A stretch of 52,072 nucleotides of DNA. It comes from a virus. Taxonomy: Duplodnaviria; Caudoviricetes. This document shows, one piece after another, positions 7,723 through 18,454 of the stretch (positions are counted from its first letter, which is position 1; each line of letters begins with the position of its first letter). The notes beneath the pieces were generated by a model. It searched no databases and was not told the origin of the DNA. It worked only from the letters and a program-made list of their open reading frames with translations. The position numbers and the translations under genes are program-made. Location of the stretch: positions 1 through 52,072 of IMG/VR virus record IMGVR_UViG_3300026189_000007; one strand, 5' to 3'.

Positions 7723-9376
7723 TCTCTGCCTTTTTGGTATCTTTTTGTACCTGTGCATTGGTAAGTCCATCATCAATTTCTGGATCCATTGGGATTTCTC
7801 CCATCTCACCTTCTGCTGGTAATGGTTCACCAGTTATTGGATCAACTGCACTAGGATCTGGTATTATACCATCCTTAATTTCCTGTTCAATTTGCTCATC
7901 CAATTCTTCCATCTCTCCATCAGTCTGACGTAAGATATTTTTACGAACCCATTCTTGTGAATAGAATCTTCCAATATAAGGTTCTATTTGTGCAAGAGTT
8001 CCTAATCTCTCATTCATCATTTCAGTTTCTTTCAATTCTGCAAACTGATTATCATAGATGAAATCGTATTGTATATGCTCACTAAGAACTTCCCAATCTT
8101 CAGGAGTAACAATGTTCTTCAGGATTAATTGAGTCTTAAGCATATCTGTGAACATATTTGCAAAACGTTTTCTTAAACGTCCTACAAATTTAGAGAACTT
8201 AAGTTCATCTCTTAATATCTCAGATGAACGTCCTAAATTAAATCCACCTTCTGCAGCAATTCTTGATTCTGGTACACCTAATGCTCTGTAAAGTTTCTTT
8301 TGGAAATATTCAATATCAGAAAGTTCTCCTAAGTTTTGTCCACCAGGTAATGTTGTAATTTCAGTTCCTCTACCACCTTCTCTTCTTGGTAACCAGAAAT
8401 CTTCCATCATAGACATGAACTTACGATCATCTCTAACTTCCCCAGTATTTGCATCATAGACAAGTTTATTTCTATAACGACCCATAACTTCACGAAGATA
8501 TTGCTCTGCTTTTATCTTAGGAAGATTACCAACATCAATATAAAATATTCTTCTTTCTGGTGCTCTTGATAATCTGTAGATAACCAAACTATCTTCAATC
8601 ATTCTTAACTGATTAAGAGCCTTGATTGCCTTATGCAGATATGAAAGAACTAAACCTTTATTTCTATCTACTAATCCAGAGGTAACATAAGTGATTGAAT
8701 CTTTTGCAATTTTAACTCCCTTTGTTCCACCGCCACCAGTCATTGCTTGTGATGGATATGCAGGTTGTGGAGTATATACAAAATACTCTTCAATTTCAGG
8801 TGCTACTACTTTTGTTTCGTTCTGATTATTGTTTAATGAGTTGAGTCTTTCTGCTTTACTTTTCTTCTTTTCTTGACGGACATATCGCATCTTCATAGGA
8901 TCAATATATCTTAAATCTTTTATTCCTTCTTCTGGTTTTTTCTGGTCAATTACCTTCATATAGTACAATCTACCATCAATATACCAGTTTCTGAGTATTT
9001 CATGCGATTTTTTATCAAAATCCATTATATCTTTAATGGTTTTGAATTCTTCCCTTATTGCCTTCTTTAACTTATCACTTGCGTTTAAATTTGATAATTC
9101 AATTTGAATAGGTGTATCATAGAGGTCACTAACTATTGCTTCATTAATAACATCTTCAATTGCTCCATCACATTCTGGATGTAGAGCCATTTCTCTATAT
9201 CTTTTTATTAAATCAAATTCACTTCTATAGACACCTTCGATATCTACGTATGAACCATAAAAAGAACTAGCAATAAAATTATCATTCCCGTCCTCATTGT
9301 TTTGAGGAACGGGAGAGATAACCGAAGGAGAATCTTTCTTCTTCGGATCAATAGAGAAACCAAATAATCTGGCCAT
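7718..9376 (-). CDS. gp20: portal vertex protein gp20
   Basis: LSYLHKAIK..NQLRMIEDSLVIYRLSRAPERRIFYIDVGNLPK.KAEQYL, EDFWLPRREGGRGTEITTLPGGQNLG. Confidence 0.99.
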   Translation of the reverse strand: MARLFGFSIDPKKKDSPSVISPVPQNNEDGNDNFIASSFYGSYVDIEGVYRSEFDLIKRYREMALHPECDGAIEDVINEAIVSDLYDTPIQIELSNLNASDKLKKAIREEFKTIKDIMDFDKKSHEILRNWYIDGRLYYMKVIDQKKPEEGIKDLRYIDPMKMRYVRQEKKKSKAERLNSLNNNQNETKVVAPEIEEYFVYTPQPAYPSQAMTGGGGTKGVKIAKDSITYVTSGLVDRNKGLVLSYLHKAIKALNQLRMIEDSLVIYRLSRAPERRIFYIDVGNLPKIKAEQYLREVMGRYRNKLVYDANTGEVRDDRKFMSMMEDFWLPRREGGRGTEITTLPGGQNLGELSDIEYFQKKLYRALGVPESRIAAEGGFNLGRSSEILRDELKFSKFVGRLRKRFANMFTDMLKTQLILKNIVTPEDWEVLSEHIQYDFIYDNQFAELKETEMMNERLGTLAQIEPYIGRFYSQEWVRKNILRQTDGEMEELDEQIEQEIKDGIIPDPSAVDPITGEPLPAEGEMGEIPMDPEIDDGLTNAQVQKDTKKAEI

Positions 9377-9404
9377 AATATTAGTTGCGTTAACGTGTTT
9401 TTAT

Positions 9405-9411
9405 TATTTAT
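9405..9411 (-). promoter_or_regulatory. late promoter (ATAAATA) upstream of gp20
   Basis: TAAATA core overlapping the gp19 stop. Confidence 0.65.
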
Positions 9412-10001
9412 CTGATATCTTCACCGCCAGCCGCAGGAGAAGTACCTTTATAAGCTTCCCACCAGTGGACTTGCATTTCGACTGTAAATTCTTCTAAAGT
9501 ATCAGTTGTTTCGTAACTTAGATCAATTGAAGATAAGTTAGTAGGCCATATATCCCAGAATTTATATGATCTTAAGATACCACCGTCACGATCTAATTGA
9601 TGTACAATTGCATCTTTTTGATAATCTTCTGGATTTTGTGCACCTGTTGCATCTTCCATACTGTTAATAACATTCATCCACTTTTCAAAAGCAGAACGAA
9701 TAACGAAATCTGTATCGTTAAGAACAGTGATTGTCCATGTTTCGAATGTTCTATCTCCTGCAATTTTAAGTATCCTTCCTCGGAATGGAACTTCAACTGG
9801 AGTAACAGTTGATGCAGGTAGTGCTGCAGCCTTAACTAAAAATCTGGACTTTTGGAGAACATCATTTTCTATTGCGACTGCTGTGGGAAATGCTAGTTCA
9901 ACCTCAAAGAGATTCGGCCTAGCTCCACCACCAGTTAACTTACTTTTAAAGTCACTGATTTTCCTTAGTGGAATATTATTGACTTGAACGCGGCTTGGCA
10001 T
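9408..10001 (-). CDS. gp19: tail tube protein gp19
   Basis: GGARPNLFEV, FL.KAA.LP.S, PFRGR.LK.AGDRTF..WT.TV.ND.DF. Confidence 0.97.
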   Translation of the reverse strand: MPSRVQVNNIPLRKISDFKSKLTGGGARPNLFEVELAFPTAVAIENDVLQKSRFLVKAAALPASTVTPVEVPFRGRILKIAGDRTFETWTITVLNDTDFVIRSAFEKWMNVINSMEDATGAQNPEDYQKDAIVHQLDRDGGILRSYKFWDIWPTNLSSIDLSYETTDTLEEFTVEMQVHWWEAYKGTSPAAGGEDIR

Positions 10002-10023
10002 TGTTCGTTGACCTCTTAATTAA

Positions 10024-12210
10024 TTAAACTTTACCGATGACTTCATCAAAACTAACACCAGTTCTAGTAGCAACAAAGGTTAGACCGATGAAGTTGATAG
10101 AACGTGCTGGCTTAATGTATATATCTGCAACGAATTCGTTTGCGTCAATAATAGCAGCAGTATTATTAGTTTCGTCACAAATGACGACATAATCTTGGAT
10201 TCCTCTCTTCGCTTGAACATCACGAAGGAAAGGTTCAACAATATTTACAAAGTTAGTCCTTGTAATTTCATCGTTGAATTCAAAGAGTTGATCCTTAGCA
10301 GCAGCAGAAATTGCATCTTCTAAGAAGATAAACAAACGACGAACGTTAATTCTATCGAATGCTGATGCTTTAGCATATCCAGTCTTATCACCAAATAATA
10401 GGATTCCAGATCCAGGTGAGAAGATTACTGGGTTGATTCTTGAAGAATAAAGACGATCTCTTTGTTCTTTGTTTGGATTATATGCTAACTTAACTGCATT
10501 AAGTATAGCACCTCTTGCTGTTCCTGCAGGTGAGAACCAAGGGAACTGATTAATATCAGTTCTTGCACAAAGTCCACCAATGTCTCCATTAAGAGGAACA
10601 TATCTAAATCCATTTGAGAATCTATCAAACATATACTTATATCCACTATCGAATACAGCATATGAAGTTGAAGTTATCGGATCGAAGAAATTAATTACGT
10701 TTTCAGTAATATCAGCATCACTTAAAACAGTTGGTGCTTCCTGATCTGTAGTATCAGTTATCATTGATCCTCTGTAAGGAGAGATAAATGCAATTGCATC
10801 TTTTCTCGCTTCAGCAACTTGAATTAATTTAGTAGCAAGTGCTCTTGTTTGCTCTTCACCACCTTGTGCAGATCCTTGAAGTAAGAAGTCTACATCAACT
10901 GCGGTATCATTTTCAAAGAGTCCGTAACCAGAAATTATATCATCTAATCCTGAGTTAAGAGCTCCAGTTGCATTGATGTCTGTGGAATTACCGTAGTTTT
11001 TACCACCAGCAAGTACACCATTCATTGTTCCGATTGTGTCGAAGATGATTCCTTCACCATCTTGATCCCAACCAGTATCACTTGCAAGTGTAAAGTTATT
11101 ACTAAATCCTGTGGTTACAACTCCTACTGGTGCACTACCTCCAAAGAGATATTCTGAATTAGTTTCTAAGTACTTTCTCCAGTATTGTGGTGATCCAACA
11201 GAGAATTCTGCATCTTTTGCTTTTGATAAGTTAAGATGTTTCTCAAGAATTGTTCCTGCGTTTCCTGTTACAGTTCCTTTTGCGTCAATGACTACAAGAT
11301 GAACTTCATCAAATCTTCCACCTCTGTTAGATACATACTCAGATGTGCCTGGTCTTTCAGTAACAGTGTTCCATTTTACTGTGGTTACTGTTTCAGTTCC
11401 ACCAACAGTTGCAGTTGTTAATGCAAGTTCCTGCTGATCAAACCAATCTTTAGTAAGACTTACAGTAGGTGTTGCTTGTGAAACTCCTGCGTTGTTCACG
11501 ATAGTAACACCACCAGTATTAAACTTGTAAATGTTATTATAATCCCAAGCAGTTTCTGTTCCAGCAGATGATACATGTGATATGAATTTAACATCAACTG
11601 TTAATCCAGAAACACCAGTAACTATTCCCTTGAACATTCCGTCAAGTTCCATAGTTGTTCCAGCACCAACTCCAGTTTTAGAAACCACTGTTCCTGCAGG
11701 TACAGTTTGAGTAATTCCGTAACCAATGTTAATACTACCTACACTGTTAAGTGTAAGATTCTGATCTGCTTTACCGTCAATTATTCCAATCCTAATTCCG
11801 TTTGACCACGTACCAGGATTTTTAGCAGCAACAGTAACGTTTGTAATTGTATTTACATCGTATCCTAATTCTTCATAATGATCAAGACTCTTGATCTTTG
11901 TACTTGTAGCAGCACCAACAAATCCATTATACAAACCTGCATCGTCAGCTCTGACTACATTAAGTATTCCACCATAAGCCAAATATGATGATGCGGTTAA
12001 CCATGTTTCATACTGTTTGTCAGTACTATATGGTTTTCCAAAAGTGTTAAGTAAATCGTTCTCCGTATTAACAAGAGTTGGAGTTCCGACAGGGCCTTGT
12101 GCAAAAGGCCCTACAATTCCACCTATCTTATCTGTTGTGGGGTCGATCCTTCCTAGTGTTAAATCAACTTCCCTTACTAAAATACCAGGAGATGCTAGAT
12201 TCAGTGGCAT
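10024..12210 (-). CDS. gp18: tail sheath protein gp18
   Basis: SPG...RE.DLT N-terminus; PWFSPAG..RG, GDKT.....SAFDRINVRRLF, YIKPARSINFI.L.FVATRTGV.F.E. Confidence 0.98.
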   Translation of the reverse strand: MPLNLASPGILVREVDLTLGRIDPTTDKIGGIVGPFAQGPVGTPTLVNTENDLLNTFGKPYSTDKQYETWLTASSYLAYGGILNVVRADDAGLYNGFVGAATSTKIKSLDHYEELGYDVNTITNVTVAAKNPGTWSNGIRIGIIDGKADQNLTLNSVGSINIGYGITQTVPAGTVVSKTGVGAGTTMELDGMFKGIVTGVSGLTVDVKFISHVSSAGTETAWDYNNIYKFNTGGVTIVNNAGVSQATPTVSLTKDWFDQQELALTTATVGGTETVTTVKWNTVTERPGTSEYVSNRGGRFDEVHLVVIDAKGTVTGNAGTILEKHLNLSKAKDAEFSVGSPQYWRKYLETNSEYLFGGSAPVGVVTTGFSNNFTLASDTGWDQDGEGIIFDTIGTMNGVLAGGKNYGNSTDINATGALNSGLDDIISGYGLFENDTAVDVDFLLQGSAQGGEEQTRALATKLIQVAEARKDAIAFISPYRGSMITDTTDQEAPTVLSDADITENVINFFDPITSTSYAVFDSGYKYMFDRFSNGFRYVPLNGDIGGLCARTDINQFPWFSPAGTARGAILNAVKLAYNPNKEQRDRLYSSRINPVIFSPGSGILLFGDKTGYAKASAFDRINVRRLFIFLEDAISAAAKDQLFEFNDEITRTNFVNIVEPFLRDVQAKRGIQDYVVICDETNNTAAIIDANEFVADIYIKPARSINFIGLTFVATRTGVSFDEVIGKV

Positions 12211-12246
12211 CTTTAATTCCTCTCTCAGTCCAAATTATTCTAGAAA

Positions 12247-12254
12247 TATTTATA
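12247..12254 (-). promoter_or_regulatory. T4 late promoter TATAAATA upstream of gp18
   Basis: exact consensus in the gp17-gp18 intergenic gap. Confidence 0.8.
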
Positions 12255-12265
12255 GATTTACCTTT

Positions 12266-13918
12266 TTACATGTAGTCCCACATGTATGAACGGTCTCCAT
12301 ACTCATCAGTATGCCATCTATCACCGTCCTTATCAACGAAACTTTCCATATCTTCAAAACCATCAGAAATGAATCCAAATGGAGCCATATCTTGTTCTAT
12401 TTGATTCTTTTGTTCATCATAAATCCTCTTACGAACATCCTGATCGGACATTTCTTTAAAGTAATCTTGACATACTAACCATGAAAATATTACCAAGCAC
12501 ATTGCTAGATCATCATTAGATCCTTCCTCTGCTTCAAATGAATTTCCTTTCTGAGAAAATGTAGTTAGTTCTGATATAATTTCATAATCACAAGTTAAAA
12601 GTTTATCATCTTCTAATAAGGTTTTAAGATTTGAACAACCTAATTTTTTAACGGCTGCCGTCATTCTTACCCCAAGTTGTGTCTTTTTCCCTGAAAATCC
12701 TTGACCTACAATTTGACCATTTCTTCCTCTCATTGTAGCCATTAAGAGATTATCATACTCCAAATCATATTGCATAATACTTGCAACTTGATCCCCTATA
12801 TCATTTACTTCTATTAAAACAAATGCCTGATTATACCCTATTGCAACATCATGAATAATATTAGGAAATAGCATAGGTTTAATTTCATTATTCCTATATT
12901 TTGCAACTACCTTATACGGGAACTCTGTAGTATCAAAAACTAAAAATGCAGAATAATCATTACCAAGTCCTCTAGCTACATCAACTGTGACTATGTAATT
13001 ATGATCTTTAACTGGTTCTTCATAGATATCTAAACCAGCATTTCTCTTAATAGGATCTTCAAATACAAGATTTTTTAACTTTGCTGCACTAATAAGAGTA
13101 TTAACAGACCCTAAAAATTCACATTCAAACTCAATTTTAAATTGTTGTTCTGACGTGTTTGCAATAGTTTGTTCTCTCCATTCAGCATCTCTACCAGGAA
13201 CTTCAGACCAATGTACTTCAGTAGGAACATACTCACTTTGACCTTTTTCTGCATTATGCCACATACGGTAAAAGTGATTCATACCTCTTGGGGTAGAAAC
13301 AATAATTACTTTAGTACTTTGTCCAGACGTAATAGTAGGATAAACAGAGGCAAAGAAGTCGTCAGCAATGTGATTCGGGATGAAAGCGAACTCGTCAAGA
13401 AAGATGACATTATAGGATCCACCTCGGACAGCAGATGAAGAAGTAGAGTTTGACGATATTTTTGATCCATTTTCTAATTCTAAGGAACCTTTGTTCCAAC
13501 TAATTATACCTTGCTGCATCCATGAAGGTAAATTTTCATATGCAAGTTGTAATCTACCGAGTAAATCTCTAGCAGTTGATGCTTTGTTTGCAAGTATTGC
13601 AATGTTTACATTATCATTAAAAACTGCATAATGCAATAGGTAAGAAACACATGTTGTAGATTTACCTGTCTGTCTAGGCATTTTACATATGTTAAATCTT
13701 TCATTATGAAAGTTTCTAATTAGTTTCTCTTGAAAGGGGTACATATTAAAAGGAACTAATCCTTCATCAAGAGATACAATTTGAATATAATTTCTTGCAA
13801 AGTAAACAGGATCTTCTTTACATTTTAAAAATTCTATTACCTGCTCTTCCGTAAATTCATGAGCAGTATTGGCCCGTTTTAGATTCGGGTTACCAAGATA
13901 TACATCACTAGTAGGCAT
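12266..13918 (-). CDS. gp17: terminase large subunit gp17
   Basis: YLGNPNLK, Walker A PRQTGKST, Walker B IFLDEFAF, IIVSTP.G.NHFY, nuclease DVARG..DYSAF and DDL.M. Confidence 0.99.
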   Translation of the reverse strand: MPTSDVYLGNPNLKRANTAHEFTEEQVIEFLKCKEDPVYFARNYIQIVSLDEGLVPFNMYPFQEKLIRNFHNERFNICKMPRQTGKSTTCVSYLLHYAVFNDNVNIAILANKASTARDLLGRLQLAYENLPSWMQQGIISWNKGSLELENGSKISSNSTSSSAVRGGSYNVIFLDEFAFIPNHIADDFFASVYPTITSGQSTKVIIVSTPRGMNHFYRMWHNAEKGQSEYVPTEVHWSEVPGRDAEWREQTIANTSEQQFKIEFECEFLGSVNTLISAAKLKNLVFEDPIKRNAGLDIYEEPVKDHNYIVTVDVARGLGNDYSAFLVFDTTEFPYKVVAKYRNNEIKPMLFPNIIHDVAIGYNQAFVLIEVNDIGDQVASIMQYDLEYDNLLMATMRGRNGQIVGQGFSGKKTQLGVRMTAAVKKLGCSNLKTLLEDDKLLTCDYEIISELTTFSQKGNSFEAEEGSNDDLAMCLVIFSWLVCQDYFKEMSDQDVRKRIYDEQKNQIEQDMAPFGFISDGFEDMESFVDKDGDRWHTDEYGDRSYMWDYM

Positions 13919-13921
13919 AAT

Positions 13922-14074
13922 TTAATCCTGTTGGTTATTATCTAATGATCTTATATTTCTCTCTTTCATCTGTTGTTGTACCTGAACTGGGCCAATGATG
14001 TCTATAAATTCCATGAAAGATTTGCCATCTTTATCTTCGATGGTAATTTTTTCTTGATAATTTTTCCAGTCCAT
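13922..14074 (-). CDS. small hypothetical protein between gp16 and gp17 (50 aa, not in the ORF track)
   Basis: Manual translation MDWKNYQEKITIEDKDGKSFMEFIDIIGPVQVQQQMKERNIRSLDNNQQD; abuts the gp16 stop; CTAAATA at 14095-14101. Confidence 0.65.
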   Translation of the reverse strand: MDWKNYQEKITIEDKDGKSFMEFIDIIGPVQVQQQMKERNIRSLDNNQQD

Positions 14075-14503
14075 TTACTTGGTTTCTTTATTATTATTTA
14101 GAAACTGTTGTTTCAACATCTTTGAAAGGTCTGATGTAGAACCTACAAAAACAGCATTATTAGTAACGTTAGTTGTATTTTTAACAACCTCTTCATCAAC
14201 TTCTTTGACCTTCTTCTGTAAATCTAATAATTTATCAGTGGTATCCGCAACTGATTTGATAATTTGTCCTGCAACCTCATATGCTCTTGCACTACCTTGT
14301 TCTTCAGCAACTTCCATAATACCATTAAGTGCTTCTTGACCTTTTTCAATTAATGAATAAAGATTTCCCCTAGTATATTCATAATCTTTACGCACCTCAG
14401 TTTTACCATCATTTTTGGTTAGTTTATTTTCAGATACGGTACTAACCTCAATTTCACTACTGGTATTGAGTGCGTCATCTATAGGATCAAAATTGTTATT
14501 CAT
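14075..14503 (-). CDS. gp16: terminase small subunit gp16
   Basis: DYEY.R.NL..LIEKGQEA, RAYEVAGQ.IK, NNA.FVGST.DL.K.L. Confidence 0.93.
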   Translation of the reverse strand: MNNNFDPIDDALNTSSEIEVSTVSENKLTKNDGKTEVRKDYEYTRGNLYSLIEKGQEALNGIMEVAEEQGSARAYEVAGQIIKSVADTTDKLLDLQKKVKEVDEEVVKNTTNVTNNAVFVGSTSDLSKMLKQQFLNNNKETK

Positions 14504-15300
14504 TAGATGTCCTCTTTCCTAACTGGACTATAAGTTCTACCATCACCTAAGAATTCCCAATTCTCATCAAATCCAAAGTCATCAGCAGGGCCTGCATCTG
14601 CAGGATTAGGTGTTACTGTGTACCTCATTTCACGTTTTACTTTTTGAATATCAGTATCTGCATAAAGATCTGTTTGAACTTTTTTGATAAGTCCTTCTGA
14701 AGTATCTGCGATTGGGCCAAAGAGATAAGTTTTTGCGGTAAAATTTAATGTATATATTAAAGCTCTTCTTGTACTAAAGTCTCCTTCATAGTCATCTTGG
14801 AAAGAAACGTTATCTAAAACTAAAGGAATATCTCTTTTTTCTCCTATGGATTTTACTAAATCAACTGTTAGTGTAAATGCTGGTTGGAAGTATGGAAGTA
14901 TCTGTTCAACAATCTGTAACGCATCATCATTTAATTTTGTCCATATACTTAATTCAAATCCAATATTATAAGGAACAGGCATATAAACCTTCTTCAAATT
15001 AGTTCCATCAGAAGTTTTAAATGTTTGTGTAACACCTGCTTTTCTAGTAGGATCATAAGAAATGGTATTCATTTCAAATGACATTCTTGGTAATGTTGTA
15101 GCAACTGGTTTGTTTAAATCTGCCTGTTGTTCTAGTCTAGCAAGAAATTTTTGAGCAGGGCCATATGATAATGGTACCTTAAAGTCACTATAATCTGAAC
15201 CATCTTGAGTTTGGTGCTTAATAACAAGGTTATTAAATACTGTACCAAAAGATATTATGGTTTTTCTAATTATTTCGTGATAATAATAAGTTCCTAACAT
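14503..15300 (-). CDS. gp15: tail sheath stabilizer / tail terminator gp15
   Basis: YYYH..IRK.I..FG..FN, VPL.YGP..KFLAR, LPRMSFE, QI.EQILPYFQP. Confidence 0.95.
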   Translation of the reverse strand: MLGTYYYHEIIRKTIISFGTVFNNLVIKHQTQDGSDYSDFKVPLSYGPAQKFLARLEQQADLNKPVATTLPRMSFEMNTISYDPTRKAGVTQTFKTSDGTNLKKVYMPVPYNIGFELSIWTKLNDDALQIVEQILPYFQPAFTLTVDLVKSIGEKRDIPLVLDNVSFQDDYEGDFSTRRALIYTLNFTAKTYLFGPIADTSEGLIKKVQTDLYADTDIQKVKREMRYTVTPNPADAGPADDFGFDENWEFLGDGRTYSPVRKEDI

Positions 15301-16760
15301 TATACTTGTCCAAATGGGTTTGTTTCACTAAAGTCAATAATAGCATCTGCTTCTGCTTCAATATTATCGCTCTGATCATATTGATCAGCAAATTCTGCGG
15401 ATTTAATATAATCTACATTATATCTAGCACCAGAAGTAGTTCCAAGAGCAATTTCACCAGCTTGGAATGTTCCTGATGTAGTTCCCAATTTGAGGACAAC
15501 TTCATCTCTATCCCAACTCTTAACTCTACCTATAGCACCACTAATTGTTCCTTGAACAGCCTCATTGAATTGATAAGTTCCAATACCACTTATAGTTGCT
15601 GGTGGTGAAACAGTTGCAATACCTGCATGTGAAGTATATCCAACACCTGCATCAGAGATAAGAATTTGAGTGACCATATTAGCAGATTTATCTACAACTG
15701 CTCTAGCAACAGCGATAGTATTTCCAGCACCTACAGGTGGTGCATCTATGAATACAGTTGCTGAATCAGCATAACCACTACCACTTTGTCCAACACCAGT
15801 AGTTATTACTTGAATACCAGCAGTACCAGCAGGGCCTAAGTTTGCAGTTGCGGCCGCACCAACACCGTTATATGTGGTAATACCATTAGTTGCTGTTGTT
15901 GCTGTACTTACTATAGTAACTGTAGGTGGTGTAGTATATCCAGCACCAGCGTTTGTTAATAAAATTTCTTTAACAGAATGTACACCATAAACAGATGTTG
16001 TTATAGCTACCGCAGTTGCAGTAATACCTCCACCGACTGGCCCAGGCCCATCAATTACAACATTAGGTGTTGTAGTATAACCATATCCATCTTCATTAAG
16101 GAATATATTTCTAATATATCCACTTGAAGTACCAATATTTAATGTTGCAGTTGAACCAATAGAGATTAACTGTAACTCAGTCATATAACCATAATTAACG
16201 AGTGTCTCATCAATTTCCTGTGTAGCATCACTAAGTTGATTCCATCCACCAACGTCATCACTAAGTTCGTATAGTTCACATTGCAATTCATAAACATATC
16301 CCTTACCTAATTGGTAGAAAGGTTTTTCATGCTCTACAAACTTAACTTCAAAAATTCTTTTACCTAATGGAAAATATATTAAATCTCCTTCACGTGGTCT
16401 ACCTTCAACAACTATTTCATCACTTGTTTCACTCATTGATACTAAAAATGGTGCAATAAAATCTTCCCATCTTTCTTTTGATATTGTTACTACTAATTCA
16501 TCCTTTAAACTCATACCAAATTTAGTCATTATATCACCAGCACCTGTATATCCCTCATAGGTATTAACATATGCTTCTAATAAAAAATTATCGTCAAATT
16601 TTGACGATTCAACTTCTCTAAAAATATTATCTCTATTAACTATTTTTCTAGGTAAATATGTAATTTCAACACCAAACATCCTCAACTGTTCGTTGATAAG
16701 ATCTTGAACTAGTCTCTGTTCTCCTGCAGAACCTTTAAGGAAAAATGGATTTAATGCCAT
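15300..16760 (-). CDS. gp14: neck protein gp14 (extended with G.GY beta-repeat insert)
   Basis: NPFF..GS..EQ.L..DL..E.L.M.G, P.EGDLIYFP, FE.KFVEHE.PFYQLGK, DFSE.NPFG C-terminus. Confidence 0.93.
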   Translation of the reverse strand: MALNPFFLKGSAGEQRLVQDLINEQLRMFGVEITYLPRKIVNRDNIFREVESSKFDDNFLLEAYVNTYEGYTGAGDIMTKFGMSLKDELVVTISKERWEDFIAPFLVSMSETSDEIVVEGRPREGDLIYFPLGKRIFEVKFVEHEKPFYQLGKGYVYELQCELYELSDDVGGWNQLSDATQEIDETLVNYGYMTELQLISIGSTATLNIGTSSGYIRNIFLNEDGYGYTTTPNVVIDGPGPVGGGITATAVAITTSVYGVHSVKEILLTNAGAGYTTPPTVTIVSTATTATNGITTYNGVGAAATANLGPAGTAGIQVITTGVGQSGSGYADSATVFIDAPPVGAGNTIAVARAVVDKSANMVTQILISDAGVGYTSHAGIATVSPPATISGIGTYQFNEAVQGTISGAIGRVKSWDRDEVVLKLGTTSGTFQAGEIALGTTSGARYNVDYIKSAEFADQYDQSDNIEAEADAIIDFSETNPFGQV

Positions 16761-16764
16761 AATA

Positions 16765-17610
16765 TTAACCTATCATATCAAGAGGTGGTACCTCGTATTC
16801 GGAAGTCATCTTCTCTAGAAGAGTATCTATTTCTCTCTGCCCATCTTCATATATTTCTCTACCATTAAATTCAATTCCACCAGGAAGTCTGACTCCTTTA
16901 AATTTAATTAAATTTTGTCCCCATTGTTTTTTCAATAATGCTGTTACGTATTTTTTTAGCCATGGATCATTGTATATCTGAGTATATGCTGTAGGATCTA
17001 ATGCTCTATAACATTCCAATACAATATACTGACCTGCTTCTTCAGATCCCCAATCAATATCCAAATATAATCTATCTTGTCTTTGATTAAATCTAATTTG
17101 TTTATCTGTAGTCAATAAAAAATCAATGTCTTCTAGGTATGTCTTTACCATAGAATATTGTAGTAAATCAATTGAATTAAATTGATATAAATCGTTCAAA
17201 AATAATTGATATTTAATACTAAACATCCCAGATGATATTGTACTACTATCAAACTTAAATACTTTTTCTACACCAATTACAGAATCTGGAACAGGTATAA
17301 AGTTTGAGTTCTCATACCAATTAGAAGTAACTGTTCCCAATCCACTTACACTTGAAGAGTTTACACTTGTAGTAACTATACCAACACCACTTGTTCCGTC
17401 TGCTTTTCCTCTATCAATATCTTCTTGAGTAAGTTCATGTTTAAGATACATTTTTTCAACACCATTGTAATGACGTTCGTTGAAATATTGTATTGCATCA
17501 TCCAGTAGATCATCAGCTTGATCATCATCAACGTTAATTTCTAAAACAGGAGCACCCAACTGCCTATATGCATAATCTTTAAGTTCTTGTCTAGTTGTTG
17601 GTTTTGCCAT
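16765..17610 (-). CDS. gp13: neck protein gp13
   Basis: P.TR.ELK.Y..R.LG.PV.EINV.D.Q, W.K.Y..AL.K.QWG.NL.KF.G..LPGG...NG. Confidence 0.95.
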   Translation of the reverse strand: MAKPTTRQELKDYAYRQLGAPVLEINVDDDQADDLLDDAIQYFNERHYNGVEKMYLKHELTQEDIDRGKADGTSGVGIVTTSVNSSSVSGLGTVTSNWYENSNFIPVPDSVIGVEKVFKFDSSTISSGMFSIKYQLFLNDLYQFNSIDLLQYSMVKTYLEDIDFLLTTDKQIRFNQRQDRLYLDIDWGSEEAGQYIVLECYRALDPTAYTQIYNDPWLKKYVTALLKKQWGQNLIKFKGVRLPGGIEFNGREIYEDGQREIDTLLEKMTSEYEVPPLDMIG

Positions 17611-18452
17611 CAGTAAGAGCCTCCATCTATTAATCCAGCAGTTAATGTTCCATCCACATAAGCATCTTGTGTGAATGTTGCTATTGCACCAAAGGTAGCA
17701 ATACCAGCAGTTACAATTAAACCACCAGTAGTAGCTCTAAATCCTCTACCAGCAGTAACTAATCCAACAGAATCAACATTTGTTACATCTTCATAAGTGA
17801 CTGTTCCACCAACTGAAAGGTTACCAGCAATTGAAAGACTATCAGTTAGACCATCAAATGTAAATCCTGCACTATCCCTTAAAGTAGATCCTGTTCCAAC
17901 AAAAGGAACACGAGTTGCTGTTAAAAGGTTAATTGTAGATATACCTGTGATATTTAGTGATTGTGCGTTTACGTTATCAAGAACGATATCGTCACTCAAG
18001 AATAAGTCACCACCAACAAAAAGATCTCCAGTAACCGTAGCACCAGTGGAGATTGTATTAAATACTTTTGTTGATCCATGATACAGTTCTGCTGTACCAC
18101 CATATCCAATTCTTAATGCACCTTCACCAACATCACTTATATAACTATGACTACCATCATGAAATATTTCTAATGCAGTAGATGAAGTACCAAATTTTAA
18201 TTTAGTACCATCATTATATTTAAAAGAACCTTCACTTGAATCAAAAAATGCTGTAACTAAACCAACACTATTTTTGAATTGTACATCTGCACCAAATGTA
18301 GAAATACCAGTATTAACATCCAATTGTGCAATTGAACCTATACCACCGATTACATTTTGTGCTGTAATCGCAGTAAGAGCCTCACCACCAGACGCACTGG
18401 ATAGTATTTTTACAGCATTCTGTTGACCAACTCTTACTCTAATATCTGCCAT
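17610..18452 (-). CDS. fibre-like virion structural protein
   Basis: Gly/Thr/Val-rich beta repeats, GGT.TYEDVTNVDS.G..TA motif and IDGG.Y C-terminus typical of cyanophage fibre proteins; lies upstream of gp13. Confidence 0.65.
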   Translation of the reverse strand: MADIRVRVGQQNAVKILSSASGGEALTAITAQNVIGGIGSIAQLDVNTGISTFGADVQFKNSVGLVTAFFDSSEGSFKYNDGTKLKFGTSSTALEIFHDGSHSYISDVGEGALRIGYGGTAELYHGSTKVFNTISTGATVTGDLFVGGDLFLSDDIVLDNVNAQSLNITGISTINLLTATRVPFVGTGSTLRDSAGFTFDGLTDSLSIAGNLSVGGTVTYEDVTNVDSVGLVTAGRGFRATTGGLIVTAGIATFGAIATFTQDAYVDGTLTAGLIDGGSY

Positions 18453-18454
18453 TA

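Noticed and set aside
3947-13918. Introns, inteins or homing endonucleases in gp17, gp18, gp20 or gp23
   Set aside because: ORFs are uninterrupted and of ordinary length, with no HNH, GIY-YIG or LAGLIDADG motifs
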